DNA from: a virus
Lineage: Duplodnaviria > Caudoviricetes
Reading direction: 5' to 3' (one strand)
IMG/VR virus record: IMGVR_UViG_3300049015_000009
Coordinates: 1-62,583 of that record
DNA length: 62,583 nucleotides
Shown here piece by piece: positions 46,589-55,036 of the stretch (its first letter is position 1; each line of letters begins with the position of its first letter). A model generated the notes under the pieces. It worked only from the letters and a program-made list of their open reading frames with translations, had not been told where the DNA came from and made no database searches. The translations under genes and the position numbers were made by a program.

Positions 46589-49221
46589 GCTTGCCGAACA
46601 TCACCCTCACAAGTGCGACTACGGGAACGTTGCCGTTCACGATCGGCCACGCCTTCAAGCAGGGTGATGTTCCGGCCGGGCAGAGTGTTGTCTGCGCCGG
46701 TGCCGGTAGCTTCCAGGCTATCTCCAGGAACGTATGGCCCGATGGTTCGCTCAAGATAGCCATCCTGTCCGGCACGGCAAGCATCACGGCTGACACACCG
46801 CTGAGCTTGCCCCTCTCGCTGGGCGCTGCAAATGCTGGTGCTGCACTGACGCTGACCGCTCTCAAGGCGACAGGTGTGACTGCAGCGATCGATGCTGGAG
46901 CGTTCGGCAGTGCCACCTGGGCTGGTACAGACTGGGACACGCCATTCCAGACCTGGGTGAGTGGCCCGGTCATGTCGTCGTGGGTCTACCGCAAGCCAGT
47001 AGGCAGCGATGCCCACCTGGTGGCCTGGCTTGAGGTCAAGCTCTATGCGAGTGGTGCTGTCGAGGTGCTGCCGTGGATCGAGAACGGCTACGTCAACGTG
47101 GCAGGCCCGACGAACAAGTCTGCGACCTACACCTTCACACTGGCTGGTACACAGCGATTCAGCGCTGACATCAACCTCCTGCACCATCAGCGCACGGTTC
47201 TGATCAGCGGCACGTATCTCAGCCACTGGGTTGGTGCTGATCCTCAGATCACCCCGTTGCATGACACGACGTACATGCAGACGACTGAGCTGGTGCCGAC
47301 CTACAGCGCAACCCCGGCCTCTACGCTGCCCGACGATCGCTACTCGATTGCAGGCTTTGCTCCCCTTCAACAGGGCGACTTCAAGTATGGAGCGGGGACC
47401 AGTGGCTACGGTGGTGTAGATGACATGACCGACACCGGTTATGGCCGTCCCATCGGCCTCATGCCTGAGTGGGAAGTTCTGCATCTGACATGCCGGACCA
47501 AGAACACCTACAACCTGGTCATCCGCAACGGGTATAGCGTCGGTCGCTACGGTATTCACTACCGTGATGAGGTCACGAATCGACCGCTGCGCTTCAGCGA
47601 CTACCCAACAATGACCATCCGTGATGGCCAGGGTTTCAATCACGCTGGTTCAAGCACAACGAACACTCGGACGCCGGTCATCAGCGGTAGCAACCCACCC
47701 ACGTGGGATACGGCTCACAGCCCTTCGGTTGGTCTGCTGGCTTACCTGCTGACAGGTCGCTGGTACTTCGTCGAGGAAGCCCAATTTGCTGCCACGGCAA
47801 ACTACCTGGGCGATGGCTCCGGCAACGAGCTGCGCGAAGGGAGCAAGGGCATCGTTAAGCCGTGCGTCGGCGCCTGGCAGATGCGGGATGCAGCGTGGAT
47901 GTGGCGTGCACTTGTCCAGGCCATGGTCGTCACGCCGGACAGCGACACGGCGTTGAAGACCGAGTTCAAGAACTCGATCCAGGCCAACATCGACCACTTC
48001 CACGGCCGGTATGTGGCTCAGGCCAACAACCCGTTCGGCATCATCGAGAACGGCTCGGGCTACCCGTACTACTGCAACGTCCCCATCTGGCAGCAGGACT
48101 TTGTCACGGCGTCGTTCGGCTACTCGCTGGCCCAGAACTTCGCGCTGGATGCTGGCTACAGCACGAAGCTGAATGCGTTCTTCCAGTGGACCGCGAAGTC
48201 GATTACCGGACGGCTCGCCACCTTCGCTGAGAACGGCTGGCCCTACGTCAATGCTGCGGTCTACCTACTGAACATCAGCAGCACGGGTGCTCCCAACTGG
48301 GCGAACGGCTCTGGTCCTTGGCACGCTGACTGGGCAACGGTCTATGCCAATCAGTCGTTCGTCACCAGCAGCTTCGGCTACGACGTCTCTTGGTTTGGCA
48401 CATCGGATGGCACGCTCCACGGCGAAATCATGCCTGGTGCAAACAGCCAGTGGGGCAACGCGATGACCGCACTTGCCTACGCAGTCCGGCACGACGTGGC
48501 AGGGGCAGCAACAGGCTTGGCCCGTATCCAAGCAGCGTCCAACTATTCAGCGCTCTCAACCCAGTTCAACACTCTTCCGGTGTGGTCAGTTGCTCCGGCC
48601 TCCGCATCATCCTCAAACATTCAGGAGCCAGGCATGGGCAAATCAATTCTTATCGACACCACAGACGACAACGACTCTGGCTGGACTATCGGTGATACGG
48701 GTCTGGGCATCCTGGGCTCAGTCATTCGAGCCACCACAGGTACTGGAACGCATGGCCCCGGTGTTGCGTACAACGACTGGACTGACAGCAGCGACGACGA
48801 CAAGGAGTTCTGGGTTCAGTTGGTCACGCCGCCCAGTGCTGGTGTGTTCATGCTGTACGACGACGGCACATTCACACTGACTGACGCTCCTGACGGCACC
48901 TACACCTTTGTCTATCGACTGAAGATCGATGGTGTCGACCAAGGCACTTCGACTGCCACGATCACCATTGGTAGCGGTGCCATCACTTTCAGTGTTAGCC
49001 CCACAGGGATTGCAAGTTCAGCAGTACTCGGTTCACCAACCCTGAGCTTCCAGATCTCCGGTGTATTCGTCCTGTCGCCTGCTGGTATTGCAAGCACGAC
49101 GGTTATGGGCGTACCTACGCTGGCTTTTGACGGCGCCACGATTGAGCTGCCACCCCAAGTCACAACGACTGGCCGTGTTGCGTTGACCGCAACCGGGCAG
49201 CTTGTGGTTCTCTTGCCGTGA
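46585..49221 (+). CDS. Large glycan-binding/lyase-like virion protein with Ig-like C-terminus
   Basis: PFTIGHAFKQGDVP, WPDGSLK, AH.P....AYLLTG; C-terminal DDGTFT..TFVYRL. Confidence 0.55.
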   Translation: MSLPNITLTSATTGTLPFTIGHAFKQGDVPAGQSVVCAGAGSFQAISRNVWPDGSLKIAILSGTASITADTPLSLPLSLGAANAGAALTLTALKATGVTAAIDAGAFGSATWAGTDWDTPFQTWVSGPVMSSWVYRKPVGSDAHLVAWLEVKLYASGAVEVLPWIENGYVNVAGPTNKSATYTFTLAGTQRFSADINLLHHQRTVLISGTYLSHWVGADPQITPLHDTTYMQTTELVPTYSATPASTLPDDRYSIAGFAPLQQGDFKYGAGTSGYGGVDDMTDTGYGRPIGLMPEWEVLHLTCRTKNTYNLVIRNGYSVGRYGIHYRDEVTNRPLRFSDYPTMTIRDGQGFNHAGSSTTNTRTPVISGSNPPTWDTAHSPSVGLLAYLLTGRWYFVEEAQFAATANYLGDGSGNELREGSKGIVKPCVGAWQMRDAAWMWRALVQAMVVTPDSDTALKTEFKNSIQANIDHFHGRYVAQANNPFGIIENGSGYPYYCNVPIWQQDFVTASFGYSLAQNFALDAGYSTKLNAFFQWTAKSITGRLATFAENGWPYVNAAVYLLNISSTGAPNWANGSGPWHADWATVYANQSFVTSSFGYDVSWFGTSDGTLHGEIMPGANSQWGNAMTALAYAVRHDVAGAATGLARIQAASNYSALSTQFNTLPVWSVAPASASSSNIQEPGMGKSILIDTTDDNDSGWTIGDTGLGILGSVIRATTGTGTHGPGVAYNDWTDSSDDDKEFWVQLVTPPSAGVFMLYDDGTFTLTDAPDGTYTFVYRLKIDGVDQGTSTATITIGSGAITFSVSPTGIASSAVLGSPTLSFQISGVFVLSPAGIASTTVMGVPTLAFDGATIELPPQVTTTGRVALTATGQLVVLLP

Positions 49222-49232
49222 TCGGAGATCCT

Positions 49233-49511
49233 ATGAAGGCAGTACAAGAATCCATCGAAGCTTCTGTAGCAGCAGCTGCAAGCAAAGCCACTGGGGCTGG
49301 CTCAGCAGTCTCCATCGTCGGCTGGCTCACATCCTCGAACTTCGGGATGTGGGCCGGCATCGTGATCGGTGTTGCTGGTTTGATCGTCAACGCCTACTTC
49401 AAGCACAGGAGCGACAAGCGAGCTTCTGTGGCTCATGCCGCCTACATGCGAAAGATGGAATCCCCCATCAATCATGCGGTGCTGCCGGAGCCTATGGAGG
49501 CTGACGAATGA
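49233..49511 (+). CDS. Holin
   Basis: Hydrophobic segments then VNAYFK; directly before endolysin. Confidence 0.75.
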   Translation: MKAVQESIEASVAAAASKATGAGSAVSIVGWLTSSNFGMWAGIVIGVAGLIVNAYFKHRSDKRASVAHAAYMRKMESPINHAVLPEPMEADE

Positions 49512-50014
49512 GCAAGCTCCGCATCGCCGTTGCTGCGCTCTCCCTCAGTGCTGCCGGGCTTATCAGCCTGGTGGCATCCGAGGGCTACACAGGCAAGGCG
49601 GTCATCCCCACGAAGGGTGACCGTCCTACTGTTGGCTTCGGGAGTACCTATCAGCCTGACGGCAAGCCCGTGAAGCTGGGTGACACCGTCACCCCTGTTC
49701 GTGCTCTGGTCCTGGTTCAAGCCCATCTCAGCAAGGAGGAAGACACCTTCCGTAAGTCCCTTGCTGGAGCAAGTCTTAGCCAGGCCGAGTACGACATCTA
49801 CATGGATTTCGTCTACCAGTACGGCTCAGCCAACTGGGAGACCTCAACGATCCGCAAGAACATCCTTGCGGGTCGCTACAGCGAAGCCTGTGATGCCTTG
49901 CTCATGTGGAAGAAGGCTGCTGGCTACGACTGTTCTACCCCTGGCAACACACGTTGCCCTGGGGTGTGGACACGTCAACTCGAGCGCCACAAGGCGTGCA
50001 AGGCAGCTCAATGA
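49508..50014 (+). CDS. SAR-type endolysin (GH24 lysozyme)
   Basis: Ala/Gly/Ser-rich N-terminal anchor, EGY..D.PTVGFGST, CPGVWTR. Confidence 0.9.
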   Translation: MSKLRIAVAALSLSAAGLISLVASEGYTGKAVIPTKGDRPTVGFGSTYQPDGKPVKLGDTVTPVRALVLVQAHLSKEEDTFRKSLAGASLSQAEYDIYMDFVYQYGSANWETSTIRKNILAGRYSEACDALLMWKKAAGYDCSTPGNTRCPGVWTRQLERHKACKAAQ

Positions 50015-50352
50015 CCTGGCTGCGTGTTGGGATCGTCCTGGCCCTCCTCAGCTCTTTGCTGACGGGGGCTTTTCTCATGGGTCGGCTGACCGTCACTGCA
50101 GAACGTGATGCAGCTGACCTAGCCAAGAAGGCAGGCGAGGAGGCGGCGCTGCAAGCGACGGCTCGAGCCATTGCAAAGATCGAGGTGAAAAGTGAAAAGC
50201 ACATCCAACCGCTCCTCACCGAGGTTCGGACGAATACTGTCTATGTTGAGTGCAAGCATTCTCCTGACAGCCTGCGCAACCTCAACGCCCTCATCACAGG
50301 GGACGAAGACGCTGGCGTTGATAGCTTGTCCCAAACCCAGCCCACTCCGTGA
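50011..50352 (+). CDS. i-spanin (Rz-like)
   Basis: N-terminal TM then helical region; after endolysin. Confidence 0.75.
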   Translation: MTWLRVGIVLALLSSLLTGAFLMGRLTVTAERDAADLAKKAGEEAALQATARAIAKIEVKSEKHIQPLLTEVRTNTVYVECKHSPDSLRNLNALITGDEDAGVDSLSQTQPTP

Positions 50353-50449
50353 CGGCTCCTTTGGAGCGACTACCGAGAAGCTGGCTTGGTATGCAGTGCA
50401 GTACCGCAAGTGCAGGGCTGCTGTCCTAAGTGAAGAAGAAACCAAGTGA
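50192..50449 (+). CDS. o-spanin (Rz1-like lipoprotein)
   Basis: Overlaps Rz in another frame; LLTAC lipobox; CPKP. Confidence 0.75.
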   Translation: MKSTSNRSSPRFGRILSMLSASILLTACATSTPSSQGTKTLALIACPKPSPLRDGSFGATTEKLAWYAVQYRKCRAAVLSEEETK

Positions 50450-50462
50450 ACAAAGGAATTCA

Positions 50463-51320
50463 ATGACCACCAAAACGACACCGTCCAAGAACAAGATCAA
50501 GACGAATCACCCCTGGGGGAACCTGCTTGGTACCGGTCCACGGATCGTCACCCTCGACATCGAGACTGCACCGATCCTGGCTTACGTCTGGGGACTGTTC
50601 AAGCAGTTCGTTGGCTTGGACCAAATCGTCGCTGACTGGTCGATCCTGTCAGTGACCTGGAAGTGGTTGGACGAGGACAAGTGCCACTACGTGGACACCT
50701 ATGAGAACGGTCGAGCCAAGGACATCAGGGATGACAGCAAGCTGCTCCAGAAGCTCTGGCTTGTGCTCGATGAGGCTGACATCGTGGTGACCCAGAACGG
50801 CATCCAGTTCGACATCAAGAAGATCAATGCCCGGTTCATCCAGGCAGGTATGTTGCCCCCGAGTCCCTACAGGCAGGTGGACACCAAGGTTGAGGCTGTG
50901 AAGATCGCCCGATTCACCAGCAACAAGCTGGCTTGGCTGGCCAAGATCCTGAACGGAAGCCAGAAAGACAAGCATGCTGAATTCCCTGGCTTCGAGCTGT
51001 GGGCTGAGTGCCTGAAGCGCAATCCCAGGGCCTGGGCTGCGATGAAGAAGTACAACCCGATCGACGTCATCGAGACTGAGGGTGCTTACCTCAAGATGCG
51101 TCCTTGGATCATTGGCCATCCCAACGTGGCCAACTTCATGCCTGGCCAGACTAACCCAGCGTGCCCGAAGTGTGGGTCGGAGAACGTGCAGCACCGAGGC
51201 ACTGCACGAACTCAGACCGGTACGTATCGCCGCATGCACTGCGGTGGTTGTGGTGGTTGGAGCCGTAGCAGGTACACCACCAACACGATGGCAGAGCGTC
51301 GTGCGTTGCTGAGCAACTGA
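50463..51320 (+). CDS. DnaQ/RNase H-like exonuclease with C-terminal Zn ribbon
   Basis: LDIET, QNG..FD, YN..DV; CPKCG..CGGCG. Confidence 0.85.
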   Translation: MTTKTTPSKNKIKTNHPWGNLLGTGPRIVTLDIETAPILAYVWGLFKQFVGLDQIVADWSILSVTWKWLDEDKCHYVDTYENGRAKDIRDDSKLLQKLWLVLDEADIVVTQNGIQFDIKKINARFIQAGMLPPSPYRQVDTKVEAVKIARFTSNKLAWLAKILNGSQKDKHAEFPGFELWAECLKRNPRAWAAMKKYNPIDVIETEGAYLKMRPWIIGHPNVANFMPGQTNPACPKCGSENVQHRGTARTQTGTYRRMHCGGCGGWSRSRYTTNTMAERRALLSN

Positions 51321-51518
51321 GGATCAGACGCGTCCGAAACTCACTCGGACGTTGAGCTCGTATTTCTCAACGTCCTTGAGGAAGACTGCTTCGGTGCAAC
51401 TCATGACGGCATCAGCTGCAGCTGCTCAATGGGGATGTCATGGACGTTGATGTTCTTGACGCCTTGCCTCTTCAGCAACAGGCAGTAGGCGTAGAGACTC
51501 GGCAAATGGGTGCGCATC

Positions 51519-51713
51519 TCATGCTTCCAGGAAAGGGTGGTAGTACTCAGCGAGTTCCATGATGTGACGGTCCTCTGCCCGACGGGCACGGACCTTGTCC
51601 ATTGCTCTCTTGATAGAGCGCTTGGCTTTCACATGGAAATGCTGAGGGGCAGGAACTTCATCGAACGGAGGAAGCCACAGGTAGTTGAGTTTTGTTGGAT
51701 TGGTTTGGATCAT
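51519..51713 (-). CDS. Small hypothetical protein
   Basis: ORF in minus-strand small-gene cluster. Confidence 0.4.
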   Translation of the reverse strand: MIQTNPTKLNYLWLPPFDEVPAPQHFHVKAKRSIKRAMDKVRARRAEDRHIMELAEYYHPFLEA

Positions 51714-51834
51714 GGTGGTTGTCAGTACAGGAGCTGACCATCGCAATGAACGCCACGATGGCCAGGCCAGTTGATTTGTTGTTGTCGCTGAAGGCCGCGT
51801 ACAGCCACACGAGGAAACATAGGAATGAGGTCAT
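51658..51834 (-). CDS. Small hydrophobic protein
   Basis: MTSFLCFLVWLYAAF...; ATGA coupling to upstream gene. Confidence 0.4.
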   Translation of the reverse strand: MTSFLCFLVWLYAAFSDNNKSTGLAIVAFIAMVSSCTDNHHDPNQSNKTQLPVASSVR

Positions 51835-52040
51835 CGCTGTTTGTCCCGCATTGCCAAGTAGGCACGGGCAAGACCTTCGTAGTTCTCGATCACAAAGGCG
51901 TACTCAGGTTTCTCCAAGCCAGTGGCTTCACGTGCAAGGGGGTTGCACATGTTGAGTACCCCACTCGCTCGGACTGCTTCATAGAGCATGAAGTCAGCAA
52001 TCTGGTCGTTGGTGAACTTGGTTTCGGTGACGGCAGTCAT
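51831..52040 (-). CDS. Hypothetical protein
   Basis: YEAVRASGVLNM motif; coupled. Confidence 0.7.
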   Translation of the reverse strand: MTAVTETKFTNDQIADFMLYEAVRASGVLNMCNPLAREATGLEKPEYAFVIENYEGLARAYLAMRDKQR

Positions 52041-52609
52041 GCCAGCACCACAGCAGTGTTTGCCTGTGCTGCTGCCTTCGGCATTTTCTTCATACCCTTG
52101 GGCCAGCCTGCCTTGACGAAGTCAGTGACCACGTTGGCAACGACTGGTAGCGATCGCAGCGCAGCACCTTCGTCAGCGGGGAGGTACGACTCGAATTCGG
52201 GTAGTGCTTCAGCCAGCTGCTTGCGGGTGTTGCAGCTTGCAGCGACAGCCTTGAGCTTGGACTTCAGATCGTCGTGCGTCTTGGCAGCAGCCTTGGCTTC
52301 ATCACCGAGTGTTTTGACAGCAGCGATGCCTGCCTCAGTCATCTTGACACCGTATGACGGGCTTGGGATGTAGAGGCTGCTGAAGGAGAAGCCGTGAAGC
52401 CTCTCGTTGAATCCCATGTAGGCACTGTGAACCCACGGGCGGGTAGCAGTCGACTTCCACAGCTTGCGAATCTCTGCAGGTGCCTGAGCAAGGATGTCGT
52501 CAATGACAATGGCATGCGCCTTGTCAGTGAGCTTGCCAAAATCAGCGCTCGGGACATCAGCCATTGCGGCGGAGACGAAAGCATCACGGAGGTAGTTGGT
52601 CAGTTTCAT
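52037..52609 (-). CDS. Nmad5-like (nucleotide modification associated) protein
   Basis: MKLTNYLRDAFV..MADVP, T.KQL.EALPEFESYLP, LPVVAN. Confidence 0.7.
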   Translation of the reverse strand: MKLTNYLRDAFVSAAMADVPSADFGKLTDKAHAIVIDDILAQAPAEIRKLWKSTATRPWVHSAYMGFNERLHGFSFSSLYIPSPSYGVKMTEAGIAAVKTLGDEAKAAAKTHDDLKSKLKAVAASCNTRKQLAEALPEFESYLPADEGAALRSLPVVANVVTDFVKAGWPKGMKKMPKAAAQANTAVVLA

Positions 52610-52628
52610 GGTGTATTGCTTGGTTTGG

Positions 52629-52919
52629 TTAGATGTTCCCGAGGGACATCTCCCCTCGAATCTTGTCGAGGGTGATGGTTGAGACGTTGTGCTTCATTAC
52701 GACGTAGCCAACGGTGTGTTTGCGGAGATCAGCAGCGATCTCACGTACCCGGTCGTCAATAACCAGGTAGGGCCTCTTTGGTTTTGGCTTCTTGGCAGCT
52801 CTTACTGCCTTGTCAGCCTCTAGACCACGGTAGTAGTCAGCTTCCAGGACCTTGTTGTGAACTGTTGGTCGGGAAGTCGTGACACTCTGCTTGCTGCCTG
52901 TTCCAAAGAGCTTGGTCAT
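52629..52919 (-). CDS. Hypothetical protein, possible C-terminal HTH
   Basis: 96 aa, basic. Confidence 0.6.
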   Translation of the reverse strand: MTKLFGTGSKQSVTTSRPTVHNKVLEADYYRGLEADKAVRAAKKPKPKRPYLVIDDRVREIAADLRKHTVGYVVMKHNVSTITLDKIRGEMSLGNI

Positions 52920-52928
52920 GGCAGTGCA

Positions 52929-53414
52929 TCAATTGTCAAACCAGAAGACGATGCGCTGGTCCTCGTCAGGCACCTCAGAATTGAGGTTGCCGATGATCTC
53001 GGGGAGTCGAGTCATGAAGTGATCAGCACCTTCGTTGAACTTAGCCAGCTCTGGTTGGATCAAGCTGTGAGCTCGAGCCATACGGATCTCTTCCATCTTG
53101 GCTTTGAGTTCCGCACGGGTGACGTAGCTATGGGTATGACCATCGCCATCCCAGTCACTGCATAACTGCCGTACTTCCCTGGATGCGTCATCTGGCATGC
53201 CCTTCTCATCGAAGGACCACGGCCAACTCGTGCGGTTGTGGGCCAGCAGACCGAACATCCAGTAATCGCGTCCACGGCCAGGGAAGTCATCCATGTCGTA
53301 TCGCACTGGCTCATTTGGATCGGTGTCTTCCTCAGCGGCAAAGGTCTCGGCCTGGTCACAGATCCACTTGCCGCCTTTTCTGGTCTCGGAGTACCAGTGA
53401 ATGTCTGAACCCAT
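52929..53414 (-). CDS. Conserved phage hypothetical protein
   Basis: MGSDIH, RDY..FGLLA, HTHSYVT, RIVFWFDN. Confidence 0.8.
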   Translation of the reverse strand: MGSDIHWYSETRKGGKWICDQAETFAAEEDTDPNEPVRYDMDDFPGRGRDYWMFGLLAHNRTSWPWSFDEKGMPDDASREVRQLCSDWDGDGHTHSYVTRAELKAKMEEIRMARAHSLIQPELAKFNEGADHFMTRLPEIIGNLNSEVPDEDQRIVFWFDN

Positions 53415-53434
53415 TGGGTTACCTCAGTTTGGTT

Positions 53435-53593
53435 TCAGGCTGCTTGGCAGTCCTCACCGAAAGCCAGATAGAACAGAAGGTTCAACTGAGCCAGGTACAT
53501 GGCATCAGGGCTCTCGGTCTTGTTGAATTGATCTCGGTAGTGCTTGTACCAACCGAGGGAAGTGCAGGGCGATGCCCTGGATTGACGCTTCAT
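53435..53593 (-). CDS. Small hypothetical protein
   Basis: 52-aa ORF filling the gap. Confidence 0.4.
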   Translation of the reverse strand: MKRQSRASPCTSLGWYKHYRDQFNKTESPDAMYLAQLNLLFYLAFGEDCQAA

Positions 53594-53614
53594 GTTGGTT
53601 CCAGAAACAAAACA

Positions 53615-53638
53615 GCCCTCCGAAGAGAGCTGTTTGTT
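53615..53638 (-). terminator. Terminator-like hairpin with UUCG loop
   Basis: Minus strand CAGCTCTC-TTCG-GAGGGCTG followed by T-rich tail starting just left of these coordinates. Confidence 0.55.
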
Positions 53639-53651
53639 CAGTGCCGATCGA

Positions 53652-54968
53652 TCAGGCCGTGGCGGCTTGCTTGACCAGCTTGGTGGGTACAGACCACTGA
53701 CGACCCTTGACGGCAGTCGGGTTGCGCAGGATGTCGCTCTGCTTGATGCCGTGGGCACCAGCGAAGATGCGAGCGTCTTCACGTGTATCGAAGAACTGGA
53801 ACTGCGGAGTCACCGGGATGGGGCTCTTGGTCGGACGGTTGGACACCGGGACCTGGGGCAGCGTCAGCACCGGGGGTGCAACGGGAGCTGCTCCCGGAGC
53901 CTTCGGTTGCAGGTAGGCCAGATCAGCTTCCGTGAACGGGACACCGATCTCCTTCCAGTACACGACACCCGTGCCACCTACCAGCTTGCGGTTGACCGAC
54001 TCCGACTGGATGAACAGATCGAAGTTCTTGTGGTCACCCGGATGCAGGCGAGCGTTGCGATCGCTCGGCAGGCCGATCATCTTCCGGGCTTGCGCACCGG
54101 CGAAGATCTTGCCCGAGGCACGATCACGCACCAGAACTTGCTTGGTGTGGGAGACCTTGGACTCGGTCTTGGTCAGCTGGTAGAACGCAGCACCCTTCAG
54201 ATACTCCATCCGGTGCTCCAAGATGAACGGACGGATCTCGATGCCGTGTTGGTCGTGCGGCACCACGTACAAGCTGACGTCCTTGGAGATGTCCTTCAGA
54301 GCCGTGATGTCGACCTTGGAGGCATCGGTGTAGAAGCTCGAGGACGACTTGGCACCAGCACTGCGAGCAGTGAAGTAGGTGTTCATGGCCTGGGTATTGA
54401 CCCGGGTCGATGCTTCCATGCCAGCTTCGGTGGTGTCCCAGAACTGGATGTTGCCCTCATGGATGCCAAGTGCCTTGATCGTGCTAACAGCACCCGTCTT
54501 CGGCAGACGGAACACGAAGGTCCAGCGACCGGTAGCGTTGACCTTGGCGATCAGTTGCTTCAGTGAGGCCTCCGTGTAGACCGAGCTGTGGGCTTCCTCA
54601 CCATCCGTGGTCACCATGACCAGCATGGACACGTTCGGATCGTTAGCATCCGGCAGGCTGCTGAGCAGCTCGATCATGTTGCCGATGCCGTCGTACAGCG
54701 GGGTGCCGCCTTGCGTCGACCAATCGGTGATCGGCTTCAGCACGTGGGGGTTGGACACCTGCACTTGGCGGGTGCAGCCGTAGCCTTGACCGCGCAGCGG
54801 TGCATAGCCAACGCCCAAGCCAACAACCGATACAACGGTGTCGAGCATTTCACGGGAAGCTGCGTCCTTGACCGCAGTGATGTTGGCGTTGTAGTCCTTG
54901 ATCGCTGCGAATCGCAGACTGTTCATCGAACCGGAGTGATCGTTGACAAAGCCGATGTAGTTCTTCAT
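53652..54968 (-). CDS. von Willebrand factor A domain protein
   Basis: DHSGSM MIDAS, TPLYD, TTDGEE. Confidence 0.85.
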   Translation of the reverse strand: MKNYIGFVNDHSGSMNSLRFAAIKDYNANITAVKDAASREMLDTVVSVVGLGVGYAPLRGQGYGCTRQVQVSNPHVLKPITDWSTQGGTPLYDGIGNMIELLSSLPDANDPNVSMLVMVTTDGEEAHSSVYTEASLKQLIAKVNATGRWTFVFRLPKTGAVSTIKALGIHEGNIQFWDTTEAGMEASTRVNTQAMNTYFTARSAGAKSSSSFYTDASKVDITALKDISKDVSLYVVPHDQHGIEIRPFILEHRMEYLKGAAFYQLTKTESKVSHTKQVLVRDRASGKIFAGAQARKMIGLPSDRNARLHPGDHKNFDLFIQSESVNRKLVGGTGVVYWKEIGVPFTEADLAYLQPKAPGAAPVAPPVLTLPQVPVSNRPTKSPIPVTPQFQFFDTREDARIFAGAHGIKQSDILRNPTAVKGRQWSVPTKLVKQAATA

Positions 54969-54994
54969 GTTTTCAGTTTGGTTTAGTAGGGACG

Positions 54995-55018
54995 AAAAAA
55001 AGCCACCCGTAGGTGGCT
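54995..55018 (-). terminator. Intrinsic terminator after DNA polymerase
   Basis: Minus strand GCCACC-TACG-GGTGGC-TTTTTTT. Confidence 0.85.
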
Positions 55019-55036
55019 GTGTTGACTGCAGGTGGC

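Noticed and set aside
39081-49221. Diversity-generating retroelement or shufflon acting on tail genes
   Set aside because: No reverse transcriptase, template/variable repeat pair or invertible repeat cassettes seen; the FN3 repeats are diverged protein repeats.
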